64,000 bases of DNA, taken from the NCBI GenBank assembly GCA_963932955.1, contig CAWVRK010000004.1, positions 37,136 to 101,135 of the forward strand. The letters are read 5' to 3'. The DNA is from an uncultured Flavobacteriaceae bacterium. Lineage in GTDB: Bacteria > Bacteroidota > Bacteroidia > Flavobacteriales > Flavobacteriaceae. Every line of letters starts with the position of its first letter. The stretch's first letter is position 1. Made by a program: the position numbers and the translations under genes. Below, piece after piece: positions 1 to 9,869 of the stretch. The notes under the pieces were generated by a model. It saw nothing but the letters and a program-made list of their open reading frames with translations. It did no database searches and was not told the origin of the DNA.

Positions 1-157
1 CTTGGAAGAAGCCTTGGCTTTTGTTGCAGAAATAAATCCCAAAAGAACCTATTTTACTCATATCAGTCACCACTTGGGTTTCCATAAAGAAGTTTCCAAA
101 ACCCTTCCAAAAAATGTATTTTTGGCCTACGACGGTTTGGAAGTTACAGTGGGATAA
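1..157 (+). CDS. MBL-fold metallo-hydrolase (PhnP-like), C-terminal fragment cut by the window start
   Basis: Manual translation from position 2: LEEALAFVAEINPKRTYFTHISHHLGFHKEVSKTLPKNVFLAYDGLEVTVG-stop (TAA 155-157). THISH and LAYDGL are typical of the PhnP-type C-terminus. Not in the ORF track. Confidence 0.85.
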   Translation, partial: LEEALAFVAEINPKRTYFTHISHHLGFHKEVSKTLPKNVFLAYDGLEVTVG

Positions 158-177
158 AAGATCCTTGTTTTAGAGTT

Positions 178-822
178 TTACAGGCGTTGTAGCATCCACT
201 CTTTGAAGTCATGAAAATTTTGAGGGTGCACTCCGTGTCCAACAGGATATTCTTTGTACCCGCAATCCAAGCCTTGTTGTTTTAAGTAAGTCGGAGTTTT
301 TCGTGCCCATTCCACTGGAATCACTTGGTCCATGCTGCCATGTGAGACAAAGAAATCTGCAGTGCTTTTGGCGGGGTCTCCAGTAATTAAATCTTCATTT
401 AGGTAACCACTCAAAGCGATGACATGGTGAATTTTAGTAGAATTTAAAGCCAGTCCATAACTCAAAATAGCTCCTTGACTAAAACCCAATACAAACACTT
501 TGTTTGCATCGACCATAGGGTTTTCTGTAAATTCTTGGATAAAAGTTGCAATGCGATCTGCGGAAATGGAGGCTTCTGCTAAGTCTGAAAACTTATTCTG
601 ATTGGCGTCAAAATTGATGCTGTACCACGCATAACTGTTGTAGTCGAGTTCGTGAGGTGCTTGGAGGCTTACAATGTGCAAATTTTTGGGAAGTTCCGCC
701 GCAAAGGAAAATAAGTCTGCCTCGTTACTGCCATAGCCGTGGAGCAATACCAATAGAGGGGCTGGGATGTCTGTCTGTATTGTGGGTTTCCTTTCTAAGA
801 AATTCAGCGAACCTATTTTCAT
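178..822 (-). CDS. Alpha/beta hydrolase (phospholipase/carboxylesterase family)
   Basis: LHGYGSN, nucleophile elbow GFSQG, HGSMDQVI and VGHGV catalytic Asp/His motifs. Confidence 0.9.
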   Translation of the reverse strand: MKIGSLNFLERKPTIQTDIPAPLLVLLHGYGSNEADLFSFAAELPKNLHIVSLQAPHELDYNSYAWYSINFDANQNKFSDLAEASISADRIATFIQEFTENPMVDANKVFVLGFSQGAILSYGLALNSTKIHHVIALSGYLNEDLITGDPAKSTADFFVSHGSMDQVIPVEWARKTPTYLKQQGLDCGYKEYPVGHGVHPQNFHDFKEWMLQRL

Positions 823-832
823 CTTACTTTTT

Positions 833-2107
833 TTACAAATTCAGGCTTGCTTCGTTCAGAACCAATTCGTGGTTGGCATAAATCCCATATACCTTGCCTT
901 TGATCTTTTTTCCAAGAAACAGGCTGTTTTTGGAGGTAGATAAGATTTCTTTTTCCGAAAAAACACGAGTTTCAGTATTCGTAAATAAGCTGATGGCCGC
1001 TTCGTTTCCTTCTTCGATGCAGTTTGTTTTTAGTCCGAACACACGGCGCGGTTTTGTAGTTAAAAGTTCTACGATGGTTTCGACGTCAAAAACGGTACTC
1101 AGACAACCAAACAAACTTTCGAGACCGATCGTCCCGTATTTAGCATGGTCAAATTCCACTTTTTTGTGTTCGATATCGATCGGATTGTGATCAGACGTGA
1201 TGCAATCAATACTTCCGTCGAGAACTCCTGCAACCAGTGCTTCCGTGTCTTTTTTGGTGCGTAGGGGTGGAAGGACTTTGACATTTCCACTAAAACCGTG
1301 TAGTTCGTCGTCCGTAAGCGTTAGGTGGTGAGCTGAAACACTACAGGTTACTCGTAGGTTTTTTTGTTTTGCGACACGAATCAATTCGACTGATTTGGCA
1401 GTGCTGATTGTCGGGATGTGCAACTTTCCGCCGGTGTATTCGAGGAGAAACAAATCTCGTGAGATTTGCAATTCTTCGGCGAGGTTAGGGATTCCTTTGA
1501 TGCCCAATCGGGTGCTGTTTTCTCCTTCGTTGGCAATTCCCTCTCCGGCAATGCTCTTGTTGTGGGGGAAACTAAGAACAAGCCCGTCAAAATTTTGTGC
1601 GTACAAAAGTGCTATTTTCATCAAATTCTCATTTGCAACAGGGAGGTTGTAGTCACCAAAGGCGATAGCTCCAGAGCTCTTTAGGTCAAAAAGTTCTGCC
1701 ATTTCAACACCTTTGCTCTTTTGAGTGAGGCTTGCGATTGGGTGTAGGTTGGTCGCTTTGTGTTTGCTTTGATGGATCAAATAAGAAACGGATGTCTTTG
1801 AGTCGATCAAGGGCTGGCTATTGGAATTCAGGGCGATGTCTGTAAAACCACTTTTGGCAGCGACATCAAGACCATTGTCAAGGGTTTCTCGTTCCTCAAA
1901 TCCGGGCTCTCCCAATGAAACACTGCTGTCAAACCATCCATTCGATATGTGCAGGTCTTTTAGTTTAATTTGTTTAAAGTTTTCTGGACATTTGAGGCCA
2001 TTCCCTATTTTTACAAACACATTGTTTTCAATAAGCAAGTCCTTTTTCTGTAAGTGAAAGGGACTGTTTTTGTCTACAATCGTTGCGGATTTTATAAGAA
2101 TGTTCAT
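833..2107 (-). CDS. Dihydroorotase-family amidohydrolase; metal ligands degenerate (probable inactive PyrC'-type)
   Basis: GEPG..RETL, AAKSGFT, KVLPPLR and SDHNP motifs. The HxH motif reads DSSVSLGEPG. Start placed at MNILIK (ATG 2107). Confidence 0.85.
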   Translation of the reverse strand: MNILIKSATIVDKNSPFHLQKKDLLIENNVFVKIGNGLKCPENFKQIKLKDLHISNGWFDSSVSLGEPGFEERETLDNGLDVAAKSGFTDIALNSNSQPLIDSKTSVSYLIHQSKHKATNLHPIASLTQKSKGVEMAELFDLKSSGAIAFGDYNLPVANENLMKIALLYAQNFDGLVLSFPHNKSIAGEGIANEGENSTRLGIKGIPNLAEELQISRDLFLLEYTGGKLHIPTISTAKSVELIRVAKQKNLRVTCSVSAHHLTLTDDELHGFSGNVKVLPPLRTKKDTEALVAGVLDGSIDCITSDHNPIDIEHKKVEFDHAKYGTIGLESLFGCLSTVFDVETIVELLTTKPRRVFGLKTNCIEEGNEAAISLFTNTETRVFSEKEILSTSKNSLFLGKKIKGKVYGIYANHELVLNEASLNL

Positions 2108-2439
2108 AGGTTGTAGCATTTTGAGAGACGTGGGTTTTTCCCAAATACAAAGGTGTAAAGCCAGTATAAAAGGATGGAGACAGTGTTTGTGAATTGGAAA
2201 AATCTAATGAAATAATCAGGTTTTGCTAGTGGATTTAGCGCTAAAAATTGACACGAAGTGGTGTTTTTAACCTGCATTGGTTTGAAAGATTTGTCAAAGA
2301 TAAGCAAAGAAAATGAAATGGAGAACTTTTCAAAAAATACCTTTGTAAGAAGAGGCAAGGAAAATGTCTTGTGTAGGTGAAAAACAGCCTGTAATTTTCG
2401 TTGTAGGATTCCCTAGGAGTAGGTCTTTGAAATATTTTT

Positions 2440-3114
2440 TTAGGAGGCGCTATCTGAAACAATCTTTCCATCACGCATTTCCAAGGTGCGATCTGCCATG
2501 TTTGCCAACTCCTTGTTGTGGGTAACAATGACAAATGTCTGGCCCAATTCTTTGCGCAATTTTAAAAACAGGTCGTGAAGGTTTTTAGCCGATTTGGAGT
2601 CCAGGTTGCCACTGGGTTCATCTGCAAATATCACTGCGGGTTTATTGATCAATGCCCTCGCCACAGCCACGCGTTGTTGTTCGCCTCCAGAAAGCTCACT
2701 AGGTTTGTGATGGATTCTTTCCTTCAATCCCAAATAATTTAACAGTTCCATTGCTTTGCTCTCAGCTTCTTTTTTGCTTTTTTTTGCGATATAGGCAGGG
2801 ATGCAGACATTTTCTAGAGCCGTAAATTCAGGCAATAGTTGGTGGAATTGAAAGATAAATCCGATGTTTTTATTTCGAAATTTTGAAAGATTTTTTTTGG
2901 AAATTTTTTGGAGGTTTTGACCGTTGATTTTTAAGGCGGCTTTTTTCTTTTTGGAAGGAGAATCCAAGGTGCCTAAGATTTGCAACAAGGTTGTTTTTCC
3001 AGCTCCTGAAGGTCCTGTGACAGCTACAACTTCCCCTTTTTGGATGTGTACATCCACACCTTTTAATACTTCTAAGGGTCCATATTGTTTATGAATGTTG
3101 CTCGCTTTGATCAT
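2440..3114 (-). CDS. ABC transporter ATP-binding protein, LolD-like
   Basis: Walker [10 protein letters not shown], signature [25 protein letters not shown]. Start placed at MIKASNIHK (3114). Confidence 0.9.
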   Translation of the reverse strand: MIKASNIHKQYGPLEVLKGVDVHIQKGEVVAVTGPSGAGKTTLLQILGTLDSPSKKKKAALKINGQNLQKISKKNLSKFRNKNIGFIFQFHQLLPEFTALENVCIPAYIAKKSKKEAESKAMELLNYLGLKERIHHKPSELSGGEQQRVAVARALINKPAVIFADEPSGNLDSKSAKNLHDLFLKLRKELGQTFVIVTHNKELANMADRTLEMRDGKIVSDSAS

Positions 3115-3298
3115 GTTTTTTTGACTTGAGTTCTCAAAAATAGGAAATATGCAGCAATAAGTACTTTCTTTTTTAAGCATTCTTTGGAAAACCAAGACCA
3201 ATTGAAACTTTGCTCCTATTTGGTTTTTTTTATAAAAAATAGTCTGCTAATCGAAAATGGATTGTTATTTTTGTGACGGTTTTTTAAAAAATACACAC

Positions 3299-4492
3299 AT
3301 GAATTTACACGAATATCAAGGAAAAGAGATTTTGAACAGTTTTGGTGTACGCATCCAGCGAGGCATCGTTGCACAAACTCCTGACGAAGCTGTTGCTGCA
3401 GCCAAAGAATTGACTGCCCAAACAGGTACGAGTTGGTATGTTGTCAAAGCACAAGTCCACGCAGGTGGTCGTGGTAAAGGAGGTGGTGTCAAACTCGCAA
3501 AAAATGTGGCGGAGGTAAAACAAATTTCTGATGAAATCATCGGCATGCATTTGATAACGCCACAGACAAGTGCAGAAGGAAAACTTGTACACCAAGTATT
3601 GATTGCTGAAGACGTCTACTATCCAGGAGAAAGTGAACCAGAAGAATACTACATTTCTGTTTTGCTAAACAGGGCTACAGGGACCAATATGGTCATGTAT
3701 TCTACAGAAGGTGGGATGGACATTGAAACCGTGGCTGAAGAAACACCCCACTTGATTTTTACAGAGGAAATAGACCCCGCTTTGGGAATCCTTCCTTTTC
3801 AAGCACGAAAAATTGCTTTCAACCTCGGTTTGAAAGGTCAAGCTTTGAAAGAGATGGTCAAATTTGTGACTGCATTGTACATGGCTTATGACAAATCCGA
3901 CGCTTCGATGTTTGAAATTAATCCGGTATTGAAAACTTCCGATGCTAAAATATTGGCAGTAGATGCAAAAGTATCTTTGGATGAAAACGCTTTGTACCGC
4001 CACAAAGATTATCTAGAAATGCGTGACATTCGCGAAGAAAACCCTATTGAGGTGGAAGCCAAAGCTGCTGGGTTGAATTATGTAGATTTGGATGGAAATG
4101 TAGGTTGTATGGTCAACGGTGCTGGATTGGCAATGGGCACCATGGATTTGATCAAACAAGCAGGAGGAGAGCCTGCCAACTTTTTAGATGTCGGTGGAAC
4201 GGCCGATGCAAAACGTGTAGAAACAGCTTTTCGTATCATTCTAAAAGACCCGAACGTAAAAGCAATTTTGGTAAATATATTTGGTGGAATTGTTCGTTGT
4301 GATCGTGTTGCTCAAGGAGTGGTGGATGCTTATACCAATATGGGTGATGCCATCAACATTCCCATCATCGTTCGTTTGCAAGGAACCAATGCGATTGAAG
4401 CAAAAGAACTGATTGACAATAGCGGGATGGAAATCATTTCGGCGACTGAATTTCAAGAAGCTGCAGACAAAGTACAAGAAGTACTCGCTTGA
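3299..4492 (+). CDS. sucC: Succinyl-CoA ligase (ADP-forming) beta subunit
   Basis: MNLHEYQGK start, KAQVHAGGRGKGGGV, GCMVNGAGLAM, NFLDVGG, NIFGGIVRCD. Confidence 0.98.
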   Translation: MNLHEYQGKEILNSFGVRIQRGIVAQTPDEAVAAAKELTAQTGTSWYVVKAQVHAGGRGKGGGVKLAKNVAEVKQISDEIIGMHLITPQTSAEGKLVHQVLIAEDVYYPGESEPEEYYISVLLNRATGTNMVMYSTEGGMDIETVAEETPHLIFTEEIDPALGILPFQARKIAFNLGLKGQALKEMVKFVTALYMAYDKSDASMFEINPVLKTSDAKILAVDAKVSLDENALYRHKDYLEMRDIREENPIEVEAKAAGLNYVDLDGNVGCMVNGAGLAMGTMDLIKQAGGEPANFLDVGGTADAKRVETAFRIILKDPNVKAILVNIFGGIVRCDRVAQGVVDAYTNMGDAINIPIIVRLQGTNAIEAKELIDNSGMEIISATEFQEAADKVQEVLA

Positions 4493-4509
4493 TACGTTAA
4501 CAAATTATT

Positions 4510-4542
4510 AAAAAGGTCTTCCTGTTTGGGAAGGCCTTTTTT
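4510..4542. terminator. Bidirectional intrinsic terminator between convergent sucC and nudK
   Basis: AAAAAGGTCTTCC / GGAAGGCCTTTTT stem with T/A tracts on both sides. Confidence 0.8.
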
Positions 4543-4565
4543 GTTGGTTTTCGAAATAGGTGGCA

Positions 4566-5153
4566 CTAATAAACGAGCAATTTGTGTAGCACTGCATGTT
4601 GCAGGAGCAGCATCGTTTTGGCATCTTGGATCAAACCGTTTTTCAACAATTCAATCGCTTTGGAAAAGGGCATTTCAAGCACTTCGATGTCTTCTTGTTC
4701 CTGTTCTAAACCACCGCCTTTCCCAACTTTCATCGTATTGTTGTATTCAGCGATGAAAAAATGCAATTTTTCTGTAACAGCTCCAGGAGTCATATAGGCT
4801 TCAAATACTTTTTGAACCTTTTCAATCTGATAGCCTGTTTCTTCTTGAATTTCTTTTTTGATGCAGACTTCAGGACTGTCCTCGTCCAACAAGCCCGCAC
4901 AGGTTTCTATCAAGTGGCCCGTAGGGTTGTCGTTTAAATAGCTAGGCAAACGAAATTGACGGATCAAAAGAATGTTTTGACTGTCCTTGTTGTACAAAAA
5001 AACCGTGGCCCCATTGCCGCGGTTGTAGCTTTCTCTGGTTTGACTCTGCCAAGTACCGTCCGAACGAAGGTAGTCAAAAGTTACTTTTTCAAGGAGGTAC
5101 CAATTGTCTGAAAGGACTGTTGTTTTTTTGATTTCAACGCGGTTGTTTTGCAT
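4566..5153 (-). CDS. nudK: GDP-mannose pyrophosphatase NudK-type Nudix hydrolase
   Basis: LSDNWYLL, RESYNRGNGAT, RQFRLP, Nudix-like box AGLLDEDSPEVCIKKEIQEETG, EQEDIEVLE, IQDAKT. Confidence 0.85.
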   Translation of the reverse strand: MQNNRVEIKKTTVLSDNWYLLEKVTFDYLRSDGTWQSQTRESYNRGNGATVFLYNKDSQNILLIRQFRLPSYLNDNPTGHLIETCAGLLDEDSPEVCIKKEIQEETGYQIEKVQKVFEAYMTPGAVTEKLHFFIAEYNNTMKVGKGGGLEQEQEDIEVLEMPFSKAIELLKNGLIQDAKTMLLLQHAVLHKLLVY

Positions 5154-5495
5154 CTCTTGACTTTTTGATTTTACTGGAGTTTATGTGCTTGAATTCGTTG
5201 TCAAAACAATCCTGAAAAATCCCGCAAGAAGTGCCTATTTTGGCCAACTTTTTATCGGAGAATCCCTTTGCAAGTTTGGCGATGTCGGGACTTAAATACT
5301 TCATAACAATCAAAAGATTTGTACATCGTAAATTTACAAAAAAATAAACAGTTTTTGAAGCAGTTGATTAGCAGAAGAGGAATTTGACAGTTTATTCCTT
5401 TCAATAAAAAGGTCAATCGTTCACAGTTTCAAGTTTATTTTTTGATTTACTTATTGCAAGTTCTGTATTTTAGCTGAAATTTTAAGAAACCCAAT

Positions 5496-6212
5496 ATGAA
5501 GCTCGCATTGTTTTCGGATATCCATGCCAACCTTCCTGCACTGGAAGCCTTTTTCACACAACTTGAATCTGTAAATCCTGATGGGGTGTATTGTTTGGGC
5601 GATGTGGTTGGATACTGTGTTTGGCCTAATGAAGTGATCAATGCCATTCGAAAAAAACGCATTCCCACGCTAGCAGGAAACCACGACGCTGTTGTTGGTT
5701 TTCCTACGAAAAGTCCTTCAGGAGTCTTTACAAACGGAGTGATTGGAGCATCAGAAAAGAACTATCTATTGTCTTTACCGGCTCATATTCGTTTGGAGTT
5801 TCAGTTGCCAGCTCAGCGCATGCAGTTCTTGTTTGTACATGGAAGTCCGCGACGAAACAATGAATACCTTACCGAAGAAACCGACGCTGAGTTGCTTTTA
5901 AAACTCATGGAAGAAGCGAATGCTGATGTCTTGTGCTTTGGACACAGCCACAAACCTTTTCACCGAATCTTTCAAACTGAAAACGGTTACAAACACGCTA
6001 TCAATCTCGGTTCCTTAGGCAAGCCCAAAGACGGTGATTCCAGGGGCTGTTATGCTGTTTTGGAATGGGATGCAGATTTTTCTCTGCAAAACCCCAAAGG
6101 ACTCAAAGTTGACTTTCAGCGGGTTGCATATGACTTGGAAAAAGCGACTTCAGCAATCGAAGCAAGTTTTTTGCCCAATGCATTTGCTCAAGCGCTTCGC
6201 GATGCGAAGTAG
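5496..6212 (+). CDS. Calcineurin-like metallophosphoesterase
   Basis: SDIHAN, LGDVVGY, GNHD, FVHGSP and GHSH metal-binding motifs are all intact. Confidence 0.9.
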   Translation: MKLALFSDIHANLPALEAFFTQLESVNPDGVYCLGDVVGYCVWPNEVINAIRKKRIPTLAGNHDAVVGFPTKSPSGVFTNGVIGASEKNYLLSLPAHIRLEFQLPAQRMQFLFVHGSPRRNNEYLTEETDAELLLKLMEEANADVLCFGHSHKPFHRIFQTENGYKHAINLGSLGKPKDGDSRGCYAVLEWDADFSLQNPKGLKVDFQRVAYDLEKATSAIEASFLPNAFAQALRDAK

Positions 6213-6321
6213 TTGAGGGTACATTCTTTTGAGCTTTTGAAAGAATTCCGCAAACGCATCCAAATAGGAAACACATAAATTCGTATTTTTACCCGTATAA
6301 ATTTGATTCTGCACCCATTTC

Positions 6322-7494
6322 ATGTCCAACACCCATTTATCCACCGATCTAGCACAGTTTCGTTACGACGTTTTTGACAGCATTGATGCAATCGATGCCG
6401 ATTTGTGGGACTGTGTCAATAATGCCTCCAATCACTACCTGTCCTTTTCTTATTTAAGTGCATTTGAAGAGGGAATGAAAGCAACCATGTCCTTTCGATA
6501 CCTCGTCTTTTACAATCTTGAAAATCAGGTGGTTTCTACTGTGGTATTTCAACAGTTTTCAGCTCTAGCTTCCGACTTGTTACAAAACAAAGTGGCTTCT
6601 TTTTTAGCCGAAAAAATAAGAAGTGTTTTTTCTGAGAATCCTTTGCAAATATTGGTTTGTGGCAATTTGTTTGCCTCAGGTGAAAATGGTTTTGCACATA
6701 CGCAATTGGTTTCTAAAAAGACGGTTCTTTCTTTGATGACTGCTGCAATTTCTGAAAACTTTTCAGACCAAAATAAGACAGCACCCTCTTTTGTTTTGAT
6801 CAAAGACTTTTGGCCTTCTTTCTCCGATGGTAACTCTTTGAAAGAAAAGGGTTTTATGGAATTTGAAATTGATGTAAATATGGTGGTTCAATTTGCTGAA
6901 AACTACAAAAATATGGCTGCGTATATCGGGACCATGAACACCAAATACAGGTCTCGATTTAACAATGTTTATAATAAATCAGCAGCTGTTCGCAAGGTCG
7001 ATTTTTCAGAAATACGAATTCGAGAACAGCTTCCTGTAATTGAAAAAATGTACTCTGAAGTGATCTCTAGGGTAGACTACAATTTGGGCGTTTTAGACAT
7101 CCAAACGTTCGTGTATTTAAAAGAAGCCTTGGAAGATAATTTTGTGTTTACAGGCTATTATTTAGACGACGAATTAGTCGGTTTTAGTACGGCCTTTCTT
7201 TTTGAGGCATTTTTAGACGCCAATTTTATCGGATTTGAAAACCGTTTTAAGAACTCACACAAGTTGTACCAACGCATGCTCTTGGATTTTTTAGATTTGG
7301 CACTGCACAAGAACATTCGAGAAGTTCGATTAGGGCGCACAGCGGAAACCATCAAAAGCAGTTTGGGTGCAAAACCGGTACCGATGAAACTTTATACACG
7401 GCATCGAAGTGACATCGCAAGCAAATTGATGCGTTCGCTCTTTGCTTCTTTAGGGCCCAGTACTTTCGAGCTCAGAAACCCTTTTAAAAAATGA
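6322..7494 (+). CDS. GNAT/FemAB-like double-domain acyltransferase-fold protein, function unknown
   Basis: Resembles FemAB/GNAT-fold proteins: YLSAFE, KYRSRFNNV, LYQRMLLDFLDLA, LGRTAETIKSSLGA. Confidence 0.6.
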   Translation: MSNTHLSTDLAQFRYDVFDSIDAIDADLWDCVNNASNHYLSFSYLSAFEEGMKATMSFRYLVFYNLENQVVSTVVFQQFSALASDLLQNKVASFLAEKIRSVFSENPLQILVCGNLFASGENGFAHTQLVSKKTVLSLMTAAISENFSDQNKTAPSFVLIKDFWPSFSDGNSLKEKGFMEFEIDVNMVVQFAENYKNMAAYIGTMNTKYRSRFNNVYNKSAAVRKVDFSEIRIREQLPVIEKMYSEVISRVDYNLGVLDIQTFVYLKEALEDNFVFTGYYLDDELVGFSTAFLFEAFLDANFIGFENRFKNSHKLYQRMLLDFLDLALHKNIREVRLGRTAETIKSSLGAKPVPMKLYTRHRSDIASKLMRSLFASLGPSTFELRNPFKK

Positions 7495-7495
7495 T

Positions 7496-8500
7496 ATGGA
7501 TTCCTTGACACAAATTGTTTTAGGAGCAGCCGTTGGAGAAGCTGTTTTAGGTAAAAAAGTCGGCAACAAAGCCATGTTGTGGGGAGCCATTGCGGGAACG
7601 ATTCCCGATCTTGATGTGTTGTTCAAACTCTTTTTAGATGCTGTAACATCTAATGAACTGCACCGAGGATTCTCGCATTCACTTCTTTTCAGCCTGTTGA
7701 TTGCCCCTCTTTTGGGTGGTTTTACATACCGTTTGTATCAAAAGAAAATAGCTACGTGGAAGGGTTGGAGTCAACTGTTCTTTTGGGCGCTGTTTACCCA
7801 TCCTTTGTTAGACGTACACACAACCTGGGGAACTCAATTGTTTTGGCCTTTTGACCTCCGCCTATCTTTTAAAAACATCTTTGTCGTCGATCCGCTGTAC
7901 ACCTTGCCCTTTTTGTTTTTTTTACTTTGGGCCATGTGCACGACAAGGGGGACTGTCAAAAGAGCACGACGCAATAGGTTGGGCTTGGTGGTCAGTTCGC
8001 TTTACATGGTATTGACACTCGTTTTCAAAGTATGGACATTTCAAATATTTCAGAAAAGTCTTAAAGAGCAGTCTATTGCTTACCTCGAAATTCAAACAAA
8101 ACCCACACCGTTTAACAGTGTGCTTTGGTCCGCAACCGTAGCGACTGAGGAAGCTTATCTGATAGGATACACATCTCTTTTAGACCGTTCTTCAAGCATA
8201 AAATTTGTGCGTTTTGAAAAAAACCACGAATTGTTGGGAGGACTTAAGAGCCATTCGCTTGTCAAACGTTTGATTCGACTTTCACAAGGCTGGTACACAA
8301 TTGAAGAGAGGGATGGAAAATTGTACTTCAACGATTTGCGTTTTGGATTGATGGGCATCACAGAGGAAACTTCACGTTTTGTATTTGCTTACGAGTTGTT
8401 TTTTGAAAATGGAGAATTGAAGGCAAAAGAAACACCTAAAGCATATGGCGAAATCAAGCCCATGCTCCGTGCCTTGGCACAGCGCATTCGTGGGAATTGA
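7496..8500 (+). CDS. YdjM-like membrane-bound metal-dependent hydrolase
   Basis: MDSLTQIVLGAAVG, GTIPDLD, HRGFSHS, THPLLD, G..LFWP, DLRFG, with hydrophobic segments. Confidence 0.88.
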   Translation: MDSLTQIVLGAAVGEAVLGKKVGNKAMLWGAIAGTIPDLDVLFKLFLDAVTSNELHRGFSHSLLFSLLIAPLLGGFTYRLYQKKIATWKGWSQLFFWALFTHPLLDVHTTWGTQLFWPFDLRLSFKNIFVVDPLYTLPFLFFLLWAMCTTRGTVKRARRNRLGLVVSSLYMVLTLVFKVWTFQIFQKSLKEQSIAYLEIQTKPTPFNSVLWSATVATEEAYLIGYTSLLDRSSSIKFVRFEKNHELLGGLKSHSLVKRLIRLSQGWYTIEERDGKLYFNDLRFGLMGITEETSRFVFAYELFFENGELKAKETPKAYGEIKPMLRALAQRIRGN

Positions 8501-8530
8501 TTTCCAATTATAAGAATTTTATGAGTGGAC

Positions 8531-8567
8531 AAAAAAAATCGGAGTACCGATTTAAGGCCTCCGATTT
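8531..8567 (-). terminator. Intrinsic terminator downstream of purA
   Basis: AAATCGGAG (8536-8544) / CTCCGATTT (8559-8567) inverted repeat. The A-run from 8531 gives a U-tract on the minus strand. Confidence 0.65.
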
Positions 8568-8586
8568 AGATTTTTACGAGTCTTTT

Positions 8587-9858
8587 TTATCGAACAATCG
8601 TTTGCTTTCTATCCGGTCCAACCGAAACGATGCTGATGCGAATGCCCGTTTCTTTTTCGACAAAGGCAATGTATTCTGAAAGTTCTTTGGGGAATTCAGC
8701 TTCTGAGCTAATTCCAGTAATGTCTTCACTCCATCCTTTGAACTCGGTGTAGATTGGACTTACATTTTCTGGTTCGATATTGTATGGGAAATGCTTGATG
8801 ATGTCCCCTTTGTAGTTGTATGCAGTACAGACTTTTAAGGTTTCAAATCCTGACAAGACATCTCCTTTCATCATGTTCAACTGTGTAACTCCGTTTACTT
8901 GACAAGCGTATTTTAAGGCAACTAAATCTAGCCAGCCACATCTTCTTGGACGACCTGTTGTGGCACCAAACTCGTGACCTACTTTGGCCATACGAGCTCC
9001 GTCTTCATCGAACAATTCTGTTGGAAAAGGTCCAGAACCGACACGGGTAGTATAGGCTTTAAAAATACCGAAGACTTCTCCAATGCTGTTGGGCGCGATT
9101 CCCAATCCTGTACAAGCACCTGCTGCAGTGGTGTTGGATGACGTAACAAATGGGTAAGTTCCAAAATCCACATCCAACAAAGAGCCTTGTGCGCCTTCGG
9201 CCAAGATCGTTTTGTTATTTTGAATGGCATTGTGCAAGTATTCCTCACTGTCGATAAAGCTCATTTCTTTCAAGCGTTTGACTGCTATATAAAACTCTTC
9301 TTTGAGCGCTTCCAAATCGAAGTCCAATTTCAAATCGAAAAAGGCCAACATTTTCAAATGTTTTGCGGTCAGTTTAAGAAAAACATCTTTCCAGTTGTCC
9401 AATTCCAAATCTCCGACACGCATTCCATTACGACCTGTTTTGTCCATATAGGTAGGTCCGATGCCCTTGAGTGTTGAACCGATTTTTTCCTTTCCTTTTG
9501 AGGCCTCAGAAGCAGCATCTAACAAGCGATGTGTTGGCAAAATAAGATGAGCTTTTCGGGAAATCAGAATTTTGGCGTTCAAGTCCAAATTGAATTTGTC
9601 CAAATTTTCCAACTCCTTTTTGAAAATTACTGGGTCTATGACCACACCGTTTCCTACAATATTCAAGGCTTCGTCATGAAAAATACCTGAAGGGATGGTG
9701 TGCAAAACGTGTTTGTGTCCGTCAAAAATCAAGGTGTGTCCCGCATTGGGTCCTCCTTGGAATCGTGAAATTAAGTTGTAATCTTTTGTGAGTACGTCTA
9801 CAATTTTACCTTTGCCTTCATCTCCCCATTGCAAGCCTAGTAATAAATCTACAGCCAT
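8587..9858 (-). CDS. purA: Adenylosuccinate synthetase
   Basis: GLQWGDEGKGK, GGPNAGHT, EGAQG, TYPFVTSS, GATTGRPRRCGWLD. Confidence 0.98.
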   Translation of the reverse strand: MAVDLLLGLQWGDEGKGKIVDVLTKDYNLISRFQGGPNAGHTLIFDGHKHVLHTIPSGIFHDEALNIVGNGVVIDPVIFKKELENLDKFNLDLNAKILISRKAHLILPTHRLLDAASEASKGKEKIGSTLKGIGPTYMDKTGRNGMRVGDLELDNWKDVFLKLTAKHLKMLAFFDLKLDFDLEALKEEFYIAVKRLKEMSFIDSEEYLHNAIQNNKTILAEGAQGSLLDVDFGTYPFVTSSNTTAAGACTGLGIAPNSIGEVFGIFKAYTTRVGSGPFPTELFDEDGARMAKVGHEFGATTGRPRRCGWLDLVALKYACQVNGVTQLNMMKGDVLSGFETLKVCTAYNYKGDIIKHFPYNIEPENVSPIYTEFKGWSEDITGISSEAEFPKELSEYIAFVEKETGIRISIVSVGPDRKQTIVR

Positions 9859-9869
9859 TCGTATAAAAA

